A stretch of DNA of 64,000 nucleotides, taken from positions 96,001 to 160,000 of the forward strand of contig JBPRGF010000029.1 of the NCBI GenBank assembly GCA_051418015.1, in the 5' to 3' direction. Positions 36,432-47,069 of the stretch are shown one piece after another. The stretch comes from Candidatus Nitrospinota bacterium M3_3B_026. Its GTDB lineage: Bacteria > Nitrospinota_A > UBA7883 > JBPRGF01. Positions within the stretch are counted from its first letter, which is position 1. Each line of letters opens with the position of its first letter. The position numbers were made by a program, and so were the translations under genes. The notes beneath the pieces are model-generated. The model was given only the letters and a program-made list of their open reading frames with translations. It had not been told where the DNA came from and made no database searches.

Positions 36432-37562
36432 CTAGTCCTCTTCCTTTCTCAGTGTGGGATCGAACTTTTTTCTGTTGGCGAAGGTGTAGACCGCGTGCGC
36501 CGCCGCCCCCGCCGCCGCCGCGCCGACAAGGGTGAACCCGACCTTGTCCGCCGAGGCCTCCACCCCCGGCAGCCTCACGTCCGGCAGACGCTCGTAGAAG
36601 GGCTGCATGTTGTCCCAGAAATGGGGCTCCGAACAGCCCACGCACCCGTGCCCGCCCTTGACGGGCCACGACGTCCCGTCGTTGTACTCCACCAGCGAGC
36701 AGTTGTGATAGGTCTGCGGCCCTTTGCAGCCGACCTTGTACAGGCACCAGTTGCGCTTCGCCCCCTCGTCGCCGAACCTCTCCACGAACTGCCCCGCGTC
36801 GAAATGCGCCCGGCGGGGGCAATGGTCGTGTATCCTCTTGCCGAAAGCGAAAAGGGGCCTGCCGTACTTGTCCGTGGGGGGCAGGGAGCCGAGCAGGAGG
36901 TAATTGACGATCACGGCGACGGAGTTGACGGGGTTGTGGGGGCATCCGGGAACCTTCAGCGTGGGGACGCCGATCGCCTCCTCCACCCCCTTGGCGCCCG
37001 TCGGGTTGGGCCGTTGCGCCTGCACTCCGCCGAAGCTCGAGCATGTGCCCACGCACATGACCGCGAAAGCCTCCGAGCATACCTCACGGGCGAGGTCTAT
37101 CCCCCGCTTACCGCCGATGGTCAGGTAGTCGCCCGGTTTGGCGCCGGGGCCGGGGGGCGCGGCGGTGGGGATGGCCCCTTCGCAGACTGCGATGTATTTG
37201 CCCTTGTTGTCGGCCACCGCCTGGGCCAGGGCCTCCTCGGCGGCGTGGCCGGAGGCGGCCATGATCGTCTCGTGGTAGTCGATGGAGAGGATGTTCAGGA
37301 CCAGCTCCTCCGTGGAGGGGTGGGTCGACCGGATGAAAGCCTCCGTGTCCGCCGTGCACTCGGCGAAATGCAGCCATATGACGGAAGGGCGCCGCGCCGC
37401 TCCCTCCACGGCCTCGGCTATCCTCGGGATCCAGGAGGCCGAAAGTCCCAGCACGGCCGCCATCCGCGCGCAGAAACTCATAAACTCCCGCCTGTCCAGG
37501 CTCTCCAGCGCTTTTATCTTCTCATCCGGCCCGGCCCCCAAAGGCTCCTGCGTTCGGCACAT
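36432..37562 (-). CDS. [NiFe]-hydrogenase small subunit, Tat-exported, with C-terminal membrane anchor
   Basis: DRREFM Tat motif; ECTADTE, GTC, PGCP, HDHCPR, CLYKVGC, HNC, WP, HGCVGC; TM tail ending AAAHA. Confidence 0.95.
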   Translation of the reverse strand: MCRTQEPLGAGPDEKIKALESLDRREFMSFCARMAAVLGLSASWIPRIAEAVEGAARRPSVIWLHFAECTADTEAFIRSTHPSTEELVLNILSIDYHETIMAASGHAAEEALAQAVADNKGKYIAVCEGAIPTAAPPGPGAKPGDYLTIGGKRGIDLAREVCSEAFAVMCVGTCSSFGGVQAQRPNPTGAKGVEEAIGVPTLKVPGCPHNPVNSVAVIVNYLLLGSLPPTDKYGRPLFAFGKRIHDHCPRRAHFDAGQFVERFGDEGAKRNWCLYKVGCKGPQTYHNCSLVEYNDGTSWPVKGGHGCVGCSEPHFWDNMQPFYERLPDVRLPGVEASADKVGFTLVGAAAAGAAAHAVYTFANRKKFDPTLRKEED

Positions 37563-37647
37563 GGCGTCCCTCCGATGTTGAAAACGATGAACCGTGTATT
37601 TCGATAAAGCTCTCTTTTTCTGTTTTCTCCAGCATCGCGCTCCGCAA

Positions 37648-37764
37648 TGTCATGCTGAAGCCACACGGCGTCATTCTGAGCCGAAGGCGAAGAATCTCGT
37701 CGTTCTATCCGGCGCGAGATGCTTCGCTTCGCTCAGCATGACAAAAGAGCGGCTCAGAATGACA
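37648..37764. repeat. Nested TGTCATnCTGA-family palindrome
   Basis: Outer tgtcatgctga/tcagaatgaca and inner gtcattctgagc..gaagaatctcg/cgagatgcttc..gctcagcatgac. Confidence 0.85.
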
Positions 37765-37806
37765 TTTTGCCGCCTTTCCCAACAAACCTCCCGAAAACCG
37801 CGCCAG

Positions 37807-38601
37807 TCACTCCCTGGCCTCTATCATCACCTTCGATTCTCTTTCCATCTCCTCGGCCGCCGGGGGCTTATCCTCGCGATGGAGGCCGTAATAGTCGGCG
37901 AAATGGCCGATCTGGCTTATCGGGAATATTTTGTAGCCCGCGATGATCGAGGATATGTCCGATTCCGTGAAGACGCTGTTTTTCCATATCTGCATATAGA
38001 CGTGGATCAGGACGACGAAGATCAGAAGATACATCGTCAGGTGGTGTATGAGCCGTATGTTCTGCTGGCCGCCAAGAAGGCCATCCAGCGCCGAGCCCAT
38101 GGCCCAGCCCCACGTCCTCTCGCTCGCCCCGGGTAAAAAGAGCAGAAAACCGGTGACCGCCAGGACGAACATGAAGACCGCCATCAAAAAAATCCCGATC
38201 CCCCCCAGGGGGTTGACGAACCGGTAATGGGCGCTCCCGCCCCGCAGGGTGAGGAAAAACCAGCCGAGTTTCACGGCGTTTATTATGTTCCTCGGCGTGG
38301 GGATGAACTGTTTTATGTCCCTGTTGCAGGACTCCGTGAAGGAAAGATAAAACCGCGCCAACAGGCAGACGATCAGCGCCGTCGCGGCGATGAAATGGTA
38401 AAGCCGCATCTCGGCCATGGCGAAAGAGTCAAAAGCCTCGCCCCGGCCAAGGTAGTAGACGGGCCAGGCGATGTAAAAGCCCGTGACGGTGAGTGTAACG
38501 ACGGAGAGGAAAAGGACCCAGTGGATGACGCAGGCGAGGATGGACCTGGTCCTGACAACGAGATATATTTCCTCGTCCCTCGCCGCCGGGGCTTCGGCCA
38601 T
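37807..38601 (-). CDS. Ni/Fe-hydrogenase b-type cytochrome subunit (copy 1)
   Basis: GGGGGAGG RBS; IHW, RLYHF, NPLG, RLIHH, IHVY; ISSIIAGYK tail. Confidence 0.9.
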   Translation of the reverse strand: MAEAPAARDEEIYLVVRTRSILACVIHWVLFLSVVTLTVTGFYIAWPVYYLGRGEAFDSFAMAEMRLYHFIAATALIVCLLARFYLSFTESCNRDIKQFIPTPRNIINAVKLGWFFLTLRGGSAHYRFVNPLGGIGIFLMAVFMFVLAVTGFLLFLPGASERTWGWAMGSALDGLLGGQQNIRLIHHLTMYLLIFVVLIHVYMQIWKNSVFTESDISSIIAGYKIFPISQIGHFADYYGLHREDKPPAAEEMERESKVMIEARE

Positions 38602-38749
38602 AACGATCCTCCCCCAAACCACATGCGCCGCGTAACCGCTTTAACAAAATATAAACCCTCTTCACCGCTCACGCAAACAAAAGATGGACTGTTTTTGGCG
38701 TGAGCGCGTGGGGTATGTCTTCGCGGACCCGCGCGGGCCGGGGGCTCTC

Positions 38750-40183
38750 TCAGTCCGTGCCCTGGATTATGGCTCTCAGCCTTTCTATGATGGCGTGAAG
38801 CTGGTCCACCTGGCCCGACAGGCTCTCGGCGGCGGCGGCCGTCTGCTCCGACGTGGCGGCGTTGGCCTGCGTGGCCTTGTCCATCTCGGTGACGGCCTTG
38901 TTGATCTGGCTGACCCCCACGGCTTGTTCGCTGCTGCCCTCGGTGATGCTCCTGACCGACTCCGCCACGTCCTCGGCGGCCCCGGCTATCTTGTTGAGCG
39001 ACTCGTCCACGAGGTTGACGAGCCTGGCGCCTTCGCGGGAGCTTTTGTCGGCCGCGTCGATGAGGTCCACGGTGTCCTTCAGCGCCGTGCCCGTGCGGAC
39101 GGCCAGGTTTCTCACCTCCTCGGCCACCACCGCAAAGCCCTTCCCGTGCTCTCCGGCCCGCGCCGCCTCCACCGCGGCGTTCAGGGCCAGCAGATTGGTC
39201 TGGAAGGCTATCTCCTGTATGACCTTTATGATGTCGGTGATCTTGTTGGTGTTCCTGGAGATGTCGCCCATGGCGGAGACCGTCTCGCTCATGGCGCCGC
39301 GCCCCTCGGAGACGAGGCGGTTGACGTCGCTCATCAATTTCTCGGTGTTCTTGGCCCCTCCGGCGTTTTTCTCCGCCGCGTCGGAAAGTTGCGAGAGCGT
39401 GGCCGAGGTCTCCTCCAGGGAGGCCGCCTGCTCCGTCGTCGACTCGGCCAGGGCGCGGCTGGCGTCCGCTATTTGCCGGGAGGCGCCCTCCACACTGTCG
39501 GAGTTCTCTTTGAGCTGGCCCGTTATTCTCCTGAGCACCCTGTTCACGCTCCTGCTGGTAACCAGCGCCACCAGGCCGATGATGACGGCCAGCTCGATGA
39601 TGGAGTTGATGATCATCTTTACGATGTCGCCCGATACCTGCTCGTCGATCTCTTTCATCGATATGAGCATGCTCATGCCGCCGTTGACATCGCCCTCCTG
39701 CGCATCGTGGCAGTCGAGACAGTTTATGACTCCGCCGCGGTTCGTTGACACGATGAAGGGGACGACGGCGCGGAAGTATCTTTCGTCCTCCCTTTCAACG
39801 GTAGAGAAGGCCGGTTTTCCCGTCCGCAGGACTTCGTAGTCCAGCTCGTCCACCGGCTGTTCTCCCTCGTGCCCGGCGCCGAACTGGTCAACGACGGTCT
39901 GGCTCCTGAAGACCCGTATCTCCGACAGACCGGACGTCGTGGCCTTCACGAGGTTCAGGAACATGTCCCGCTCGTCGATGGTACCCTGTATCATCATGGT
40001 GTTGAGGGAGCTTAGAACCGTCTCCGCGACGCCGAGGGCGAAGGTCTTGGATTCCTTCACGGCGAGGCTACGCTGCTTGTTTACGTACCAGAATATGTTT
40101 ACGATCGATACGGCCGTGAAGATGATGGCGAGGACGAGGATCAGCTTTGTGCCAAGGGCCCGCCTTTTGAACCACTCAGTCAT
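38750..40183 (-). CDS. Methyl-accepting chemotaxis protein with periplasmic c-type heme (CxxCH) sensor
   Basis: Two TM helices, CLDCH in the periplasmic domain, [37 protein letters not shown]. Confidence 0.93.
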   Translation of the reverse strand: MTEWFKRRALGTKLILVLAIIFTAVSIVNIFWYVNKQRSLAVKESKTFALGVAETVLSSLNTMMIQGTIDERDMFLNLVKATTSGLSEIRVFRSQTVVDQFGAGHEGEQPVDELDYEVLRTGKPAFSTVEREDERYFRAVVPFIVSTNRGGVINCLDCHDAQEGDVNGGMSMLISMKEIDEQVSGDIVKMIINSIIELAVIIGLVALVTSRSVNRVLRRITGQLKENSDSVEGASRQIADASRALAESTTEQAASLEETSATLSQLSDAAEKNAGGAKNTEKLMSDVNRLVSEGRGAMSETVSAMGDISRNTNKITDIIKVIQEIAFQTNLLALNAAVEAARAGEHGKGFAVVAEEVRNLAVRTGTALKDTVDLIDAADKSSREGARLVNLVDESLNKIAGAAEDVAESVRSITEGSSEQAVGVSQINKAVTEMDKATQANAATSEQTAAAAESLSGQVDQLHAIIERLRAIIQGTD

Positions 40184-40366
40184 AAAGGAGTTGTTCCGGC
40201 AGATGATTTACAATCGCAACGACCGTGTTTCCCCTATTAAGAGAACAACGGGGCGCGCCGCCGCGCGCCGCCAGCTTGTGTGCCATTGTAACATACTGCG
40301 TGGAAGTGGAATACGTTTTATGAGGATTTTTAAAATCTACCATGTAAACAGTTCCGGCGGGCGGCC

Positions 40367-41143
40367 GTGACGAAAGCGAAAGCGCCGGTAATAGGCGTAA
40401 CCGCGGATACCAGCGAGGACGGCGCGTCCGTTATGGAAGGGTTCGGGGGCCGGGCTGTCTTCTGGCTCAAGAAAAGCTACACGGAAGCCGTGGAGGCCGC
40501 GGGAGGGCTGCCCGTCATCATCCCCGCCTCCGGCCCGCCCGCGAAGGCGGCGCGGTACCTGGACATGATCGATGGCCTTATCATCTCCGGCGGCCATTTT
40601 GACATAGACCCCGCGCTTTACGGAGAGGCGCCCCATCCGAAGACCGGCCCCTTGAAGCCCGCGAGGACGGCGATGGAGATAAAAATTTTCAGGGCGGCGG
40701 TCAAACGGGGAATGCCGGTCCTGGGGATATGCGGCGGGGCGCAGGTCATGAGCGTGGCGATGGGCGGGAGCCTGTACCAGAGCATCCCGGACCAGCTCGA
40801 AGGCGCGATCCCCCACGAGGCGCCGAATCCGGAGCGGCCTTGCCATCCGGCGCGGGTGGACGAGGGATCGTTGCTTGGAAAAATCGCGGGGCGGGAGAGC
40901 TTGAGCGTGAACTCCACCCATCATCAGGGGATAAAAAGGCCCGGCAGGGGTTTTGTCGCTTGCGCCGTGGCCCCGGACGGGCTGATCGAGGCGGTGGAGG
41001 CGAGGCGGCCCGGCGGCTTCCTGCTTGGCGTCCAGTGGCACCCGGAGGCGCTTTTCGAGACGGACGAGGTCAGCCGCCGGATTTTCAGAAGGCTTGCGGC
41101 CGAAAGCGCGAAATACGGAAAAGGCGATCGCGCAAGGGACTGA
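40367..41143 (+). CDS. Class I glutamine amidotransferase, PuuD/peptidase C26-like
   Basis: DGLIISGG.FDIDP..YG, GICGG.Q, VNSTHHQ, GVQWHPE. Confidence 0.9.
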   Translation: MTKAKAPVIGVTADTSEDGASVMEGFGGRAVFWLKKSYTEAVEAAGGLPVIIPASGPPAKAARYLDMIDGLIISGGHFDIDPALYGEAPHPKTGPLKPARTAMEIKIFRAAVKRGMPVLGICGGAQVMSVAMGGSLYQSIPDQLEGAIPHEAPNPERPCHPARVDEGSLLGKIAGRESLSVNSTHHQGIKRPGRGFVACAVAPDGLIEAVEARRPGGFLLGVQWHPEALFETDEVSRRIFRRLAAESAKYGKGDRARD

Positions 41144-41153
41144 AAAGGCGTCC

Positions 41154-41474
41154 TTACATACCCCAGCGCCTGCGCCACCAGTCGAAATAATCGGACTCGG
41201 ACATGACCTCGGCCTCCTCGCCGCCGGACGGGGGGTCGAGCGGAGCGTCAGCGCCCTTGACCAGGGTCGAATAGGCGTTGCTCACGTTCACGAAACGGGC
41301 CGCCGCCTCCGGGTCGCCCGGGTTCCTGTCGGGATGGAGCCTCAGCGCCTTTTTTCTGAACGCCCTGCGTATCTGCTCCATGTCCGCGCCCGGGGGCGCG
41401 CCGATGATCTTTCGGGCCAGAGCCTCCCGGCGCATCCTCGCCGCCCGCCACTGTGAAAACGGATCGTCTTTCAT
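41154..41474 (-). CDS. Small J-domain protein
   Basis: IRRAFRKKALRLHPDRN (HPD)...F..VSNAY..L. Confidence 0.8.
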   Translation of the reverse strand: MKDDPFSQWRAARMRREALARKIIGAPPGADMEQIRRAFRKKALRLHPDRNPGDPEAAARFVNVSNAYSTLVKGADAPLDPPSGGEEAEVMSESDYFDWWRRRWGM

Positions 41475-41643
41475 CGTTGAATACATACTATAGATGACGC
41501 TTATCTTAAATTCTAGCGCGACGGAGCGCGGGAAGGAAGGGGCCCTTGATCGGGCGCGGGGCCCTGTGTTATTTTTCCAAAATTCAGCAGGAGCGCCTCA
41601 TGAAGCCGTTGGCAACGTTTAGACGATTCGCGCCGGGACGCTC

Positions 41644-42383
<740 letters not shown>

Positions 42384-42421
42384 TTACTTGCTGGCGCGGC
42401 GCCTCCGGTGTACATGGGCCG

Positions 42422-42430
42422 ATTATATCA
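42422..42430 (-). promoter_or_regulatory. Extended -10 element upstream of glnB
   Basis: Minus strand TG-A-TATAAT about 80 nt upstream of the start; no good -35. Confidence 0.35.
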
Positions 42431-42592
42431 CACGGCGCCCTTGCTGGCTCCAGGCTAAACCGCGGGCCGGGGCGGCCGATAAGCAGGAAGGCCCGCCGCT
42501 TTCGGCATGGCCGGGGAATCTGCTATCCTGAAACGTGGCGCCTCCGGGGAAACGGCCCCGGAAGGCGGAGAAAACAGCAGGCGCAAGGGCGA

Positions 42593-43627
42593 ATGGAAAA
42601 AGAAGGCTTCATGCATCCGGCTTTCGTGATAATAAGCGGCGGCGCCCGCCCCGCGTCCTTGAGGCGTCTTGTCCGAAGCATCGTCTCCCAGGACGTGCCG
42701 CGCCGCCAGATCATCGTGGTGGGAGAACATGAAGACTCCCTGCCCGTCGGCGTGACTTTCATTCCCGCCGCGGACCTTGCCGCCCGCGCGGAGATCTGCC
42801 GGATGCGCAATATCGGGATAGACGCCTCGGAGGGCGGCCCGGTGATTCTGCTGGACGACGACGTGGAGTTTCCGCCGGGGTGGTACGCGGATATCAGGGA
42901 GAGGCTGTCGCGTCCGTTCGATCTTCTCACCTGCCGGGTTCTGCTGCCCACCGGGGAGCGGTGGTATGACTGGAGCTGGGCCAGCAGGGAGGACCCCCTG
43001 TGCCCGCCGAGGATGCTCGGCTACTCCGAGAAGAGCGAAAACGTCTACATCAGCGGGTGCATGATGATAATCGCCCGCCGCGTCTTCGAAAAGGTCCGGT
43101 TCGACGAGAACCTGATGAACCACCAGCGCGACGATGTCGATTTCTGCCACAGGGCCGTCAGCGCCGGGTTCGACATCGACGTTTTCACCGGAGCTTACGT
43201 CATCCATCACCTTGAGCCCGCGGGAAGGTCGGCGGCCGACCCCGCCTCCGGGACGGCGGATTTTTCGCGGGCGGTTTATCTATACAGGCTGGGGCGGCTT
43301 GCGGAGGCTTTGGAGATTTTTGACGCGCTCGGGGAATCGGACAGGGTGAAGGCGCCGTACCATGGCGCCCTGTGCCTCATCGGGCTGGGACGAGGCGCGG
43401 AGGCGGAGAAAAGGTTAAACATCGCCGTGGAAAACGCCGATTTAGCCGATGTGGAGCAAAGACGGATATACTACCGCGCCCATTACCGTCTCGGCGCGCT
43501 GCTGGAGGGCGAATGGCGGCTCGGCGAGGCCGCCGCGAGCTACCGCAAGGCGCTCGAGGGGATGCCGGAGCATCACGAGGCGGCGATGGGCCTTCATCGC
43601 CTGGCGGGAGGCGCGGCGGCGAAATGA
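42593..43627 (+). CDS. GT2-like glycosyltransferase with C-terminal TPRs
   Basis: RNIGI, LLDDD, FDE...DDVDFCHR; TPR-like C-terminus; start 42593 or 42611. Confidence 0.82.
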   Translation: MEKEGFMHPAFVIISGGARPASLRRLVRSIVSQDVPRRQIIVVGEHEDSLPVGVTFIPAADLAARAEICRMRNIGIDASEGGPVILLDDDVEFPPGWYADIRERLSRPFDLLTCRVLLPTGERWYDWSWASREDPLCPPRMLGYSEKSENVYISGCMMIIARRVFEKVRFDENLMNHQRDDVDFCHRAVSAGFDIDVFTGAYVIHHLEPAGRSAADPASGTADFSRAVYLYRLGRLAEALEIFDALGESDRVKAPYHGALCLIGLGRGAEAEKRLNIAVENADLADVEQRRIYYRAHYRLGALLEGEWRLGEAAASYRKALEGMPEHHEAAMGLHRLAGGAAAK

Positions 43628-45414
43628 GGATAGCGCTGGCCAACTCCGTCGGCGTGGACAGCGCCGGGTGGAGCATCATCGCATACCCCAGCAGGTGGAC
43701 GACCGCCTCGAAGGGGCATGACGAGGCGCCGGTCTATTACCCGCGCGATCTTGGCTACCTGAGCGCTCTTCTGAAAAGGGACACACCCCACGAGGCGAGG
43801 TTGTTCGACGGGTGCCTTTCGCGCATGGGCAGGGAGGAGTACGCCGCCGCGATCGCGGAGTTCGGCCCGGACTGGCTTGTCATGGAAAACTCCACGCGGA
43901 CATTCGATGAGGACAGGCTGCTCGCCGAGGAGGTGAAAAAGAGAACCGGCGCGAGGATATTCCTGACCGGGCAGCACGCCACGGCCTTCCCGGAGGAGGT
44001 TCTCTCTTTCGCCGACGCCGTGGCGAAGGGGGAGTATTTGAAGTCCGCGCTTGACTTTTTCCGCTCCGGCGCACGCGGCGGAGGGGTCATCGGGTTCGAC
44101 CCGGAAAGATCGCTGATAGACGTGGCCTCGCTCCCCTTCCCCGAGGACGAGGACGTAAGCCGCTACGACTACGCCCTGAGGGCGGACAACATCTGCGAGT
44201 ATCGCCAGATACAGGTCTATGCCACGCGGGGCTGCCCCTACGGCTGCTCCTACTGCGTGGCGCGCCACGCCTACTACGGCGCTCCCTCGTGGCGGGCCCG
44301 GCCTGTGGAGAGCGTGATCGGGGAGCTTTCATACCTCGCGGAGAAGTACCCCGGCCTGGAGGGGTTCTTTTTCGACGACGAGATCCACAACGCGAAAATC
44401 TCCTACGTGAAAGAGCTGGCCAGGGCGATAAAAGCCGCCGGGCTGAACGGATACAAGTACGAGGCGATGCTCGCCTACGCCCCTTTCGACTCCGAGGCCC
44501 TGGAGCTTATGAAGGAGGCTGGCTACTACAAGGTCCGGGTGGGGATAGAGACCGCGAGCGAGGCCGCGGCGGAGGGGATGGGGCTGAAAGGCAAACACAG
44601 GCCGGAGAGGCTGGAATGGTTTTTGACGAAGGCCAGGGAGGTGGGGATCAAGGTCTACGGGACGTTCACTGTCGGCGGGCGCGGGTCCAGCGCTGAAGAA
44701 GACGGCAAGACCATCCGGCTGATGGCCGGGCTCCTCGAGGAGGGCTTGATATCCGACTGCCAGGTGTCGATAGCCACGCCGCAACCGGGGGCGCCTTTCT
44801 ACGACTGGGCGTTGGGGGAGGGGTTGATGAAGACCCGCGACTGGCGTCTGTTCGACGGCGGGGAGGAGGCGGTGGTCTCGCTGCCCGGCTACGCGGCCGA
44901 GGAGATAAAAGAGACGCGCCGCCTGGCCCTCCGCGCCTATGACGGGGCCAGAAGAAGGCGCGGCGCGGCGCTCTTTGAGAGCAACGCGGGAAAGCTCGGC
45001 GACGTCATCGGCTTCCGGCCCGGGCGGGTTCTGGTCTTTCGCTCCAGCAGGGACTGGGTCCTGAACCTGCTCCTTGAAACTTTGTTCAGGACGTGGGACT
45101 GCGAGGTTTTCTTTCTCTGCCACGAGTCCCTGGCGGCCGAATACGTGGTCCGGTATCCATCCATCCGCGTAATCCCGTACCGCTACGACGGGTTTTTGAG
45201 CTGGGAGAGGCTGGACGGCGAGGCGAGGCAGGCCCTGGCCGAGTCCGCGGCGGACCTTGCCCTGATCCCCGCCAACACCCGCCACCTGCGCGGCTACGGC
45301 AACGTCCTCGAGATCGCGGAGAAGGCAGGAGCGGGGGCGATCGTTTACGTAAACCCCGACGGCGAGCTCGTCCGCTCCGCCGGACACGGCGCCCCCGGCG
45401 CGGCGGCGAGATGA
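43624..45414 (+). CDS. B12-binding radical SAM enzyme with extra C-terminal domain
   Basis: ATGA overlap; N-terminal cobalamin-binding-like domain (GQHAT..P, KGE), TRGCPYGCSYC, FDDE, VGIE, PQPGAP. Confidence 0.88.
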   Translation: MRIALANSVGVDSAGWSIIAYPSRWTTASKGHDEAPVYYPRDLGYLSALLKRDTPHEARLFDGCLSRMGREEYAAAIAEFGPDWLVMENSTRTFDEDRLLAEEVKKRTGARIFLTGQHATAFPEEVLSFADAVAKGEYLKSALDFFRSGARGGGVIGFDPERSLIDVASLPFPEDEDVSRYDYALRADNICEYRQIQVYATRGCPYGCSYCVARHAYYGAPSWRARPVESVIGELSYLAEKYPGLEGFFFDDEIHNAKISYVKELARAIKAAGLNGYKYEAMLAYAPFDSEALELMKEAGYYKVRVGIETASEAAAEGMGLKGKHRPERLEWFLTKAREVGIKVYGTFTVGGRGSSAEEDGKTIRLMAGLLEEGLISDCQVSIATPQPGAPFYDWALGEGLMKTRDWRLFDGGEEAVVSLPGYAAEEIKETRRLALRAYDGARRRRGAALFESNAGKLGDVIGFRPGRVLVFRSSRDWVLNLLLETLFRTWDCEVFFLCHESLAAEYVVRYPSIRVIPYRYDGFLSWERLDGEARQALAESAADLALIPANTRHLRGYGNVLEIAEKAGAGAIVYVNPDGELVRSAGHGAPGAAAR

Positions 45415-45520
45415 AGAGCGGCGGGTGGCCCCGCTATAATTATCGTTAGACAATGATGGAACTACTGTTAATTTTCAACGCCGGCCCCTTGCTTGACGCC
45501 GTTTCGGGGTTTTTGGGTTC

Positions 45521-47059
45521 ATGACCACTGAAACCCCGACGGCGCTGATGTTCCGCTCTGTGCCGGCCGACGTTTTCCCCAGATACCTCGCCACGGCCAA
45601 GTCGCTTTTAAATGGAGAGGTGATAAACGTTCTGGCCAGGGAGCCGGCCCCGGCCGGGATCGAGGGCCATGGCGTCGTGGTCACCACCTATCCGGCGGAT
45701 CTCAACAGACTGACGGCGAGCCATATGCCGCGGCTTGGTCTTTTGCCATCCTCCTACGACACCGTCTTTATTCCCTGCCTGGGGGGCGCGCCGATGAACA
45801 ATCTCATCGAGATGGCCCTGAGCGCCGCCCGGCGCAGGGTGGCGCTGATATTCGAGGACCAGTCGCTCAGGATAGCTGACGCGCCGGACCCGGCGCGGGA
45901 CGGAGACGGGGAATCTTTTGACAAGCTGAAAAGATATTACGAATTTTTCTATCGTGGAGGCGACTTCGCGCTCAACAACGCCATCAGCCTGCTGGAGGCG
46001 AAGCTAGGCAGAGTCAGGGTCGAATCCAAACCGCTCCATGCCTGCGTCGCGCTGACGGACAGGTGCGACGTGCGGTGCAACTTCTGCTGCAAGCATGACA
46101 AGGATTACAAGCGTCTGCCGCTGAACGAGTATAAACGCCTGCTGGAGCCGATCCTGCCGACATTGAACACGCTCAGCTGGGAAGGCAACGGCGAGGCCAT
46201 CGAGCACCCCAGTTTCATAGAAGCGGCCCGATGGGCCGACGAGGGTCTGCCGGAAAACGCGAAGATGATCCTCATCACCAACGGCAAGGGGATGGAGGGG
46301 GAGGTGGCGGAGATCGTCGCGGGGCTCAAGTTCGTGGATGTCAATTTTTCGTTGAACGCGGCTTCGGACGACAGTTACCGGAGGATCGTCAAAGGCGGGG
46401 ATTTCCAGCGGGCGTTGCGGAATCTCAGGAATTTCCTGAAGCTTCGGAAACGGCCCGGAAGACCAGACCTTTCCGTCACGATATCCATGCCGCTGACGAG
46501 GGACAACATCCTTGAGGGCGCAAGGTTTATAGACATCGGCGAAGAGCTTGGCGTGGACGCGGTCTACATCCGTCCCATGGCGCTGACGCCGCTTGCGTTG
46601 AAGGAGGCCGACTTCGAGTATTACCACTCCCTGGCCCCCGACGACGCATCCGTGCGAAAGGGGGTGGGGTTGATAGAGGAGCGGATGAGGACGGCGTCCG
46701 TCAAAATCTTTTTCGACCCGGCCAAGATAGCGCATTTCTACGAGGCGGTGAGAAGGAAGTATTCGCGGAAAATCCCTCACAAGGAGTTTTCGGGCGTGGC
46801 GCGCGAGGATTTCCGGGAGGAGTTCCGCTGCGCGAGGCCGTGGACGGATTACAATAACTTCTTTGTTGACTATCGGTTCGCGCCGTGTTGCTATGCGCCG
46901 GCCTACGGTGTCGTGACGGAGGAGGCGCGCGGGCGAGTGTTCGGCGAGTTGTGGAACGGGGAAACGTACCGGATGATGAGGGGAAAGGTCAACTCGTCGT
47001 CCCCTCCCTTGCCATGCAGGCTGTGCGAGAACTGGCAGGCGGTGGAGACAGTGTTTTAA
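45521..47059 (+). CDS. Radical SAM / SPASM(twitch)-domain protein with extra N-terminal domain
   Basis: CDVRCNFC, GNGEA, ITNG; C-terminal CARPW..PCC..WNG...CRLC. Confidence 0.88.
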   Translation: MTTETPTALMFRSVPADVFPRYLATAKSLLNGEVINVLAREPAPAGIEGHGVVVTTYPADLNRLTASHMPRLGLLPSSYDTVFIPCLGGAPMNNLIEMALSAARRRVALIFEDQSLRIADAPDPARDGDGESFDKLKRYYEFFYRGGDFALNNAISLLEAKLGRVRVESKPLHACVALTDRCDVRCNFCCKHDKDYKRLPLNEYKRLLEPILPTLNTLSWEGNGEAIEHPSFIEAARWADEGLPENAKMILITNGKGMEGEVAEIVAGLKFVDVNFSLNAASDDSYRRIVKGGDFQRALRNLRNFLKLRKRPGRPDLSVTISMPLTRDNILEGARFIDIGEELGVDAVYIRPMALTPLALKEADFEYYHSLAPDDASVRKGVGLIEERMRTASVKIFFDPAKIAHFYEAVRRKYSRKIPHKEFSGVAREDFREEFRCARPWTDYNNFFVDYRFAPCCYAPAYGVVTEEARGRVFGELWNGETYRMMRGKVNSSSPPLPCRLCENWQAVETVF

Positions 47060-47069
47060 TCTCTGGTTA

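Noticed and set aside
40273..40290. sigma54 promoter upstream of the MCP (TGGCAC on the minus strand)
   Set aside because: The -12 TTGC element is not at the required spacing
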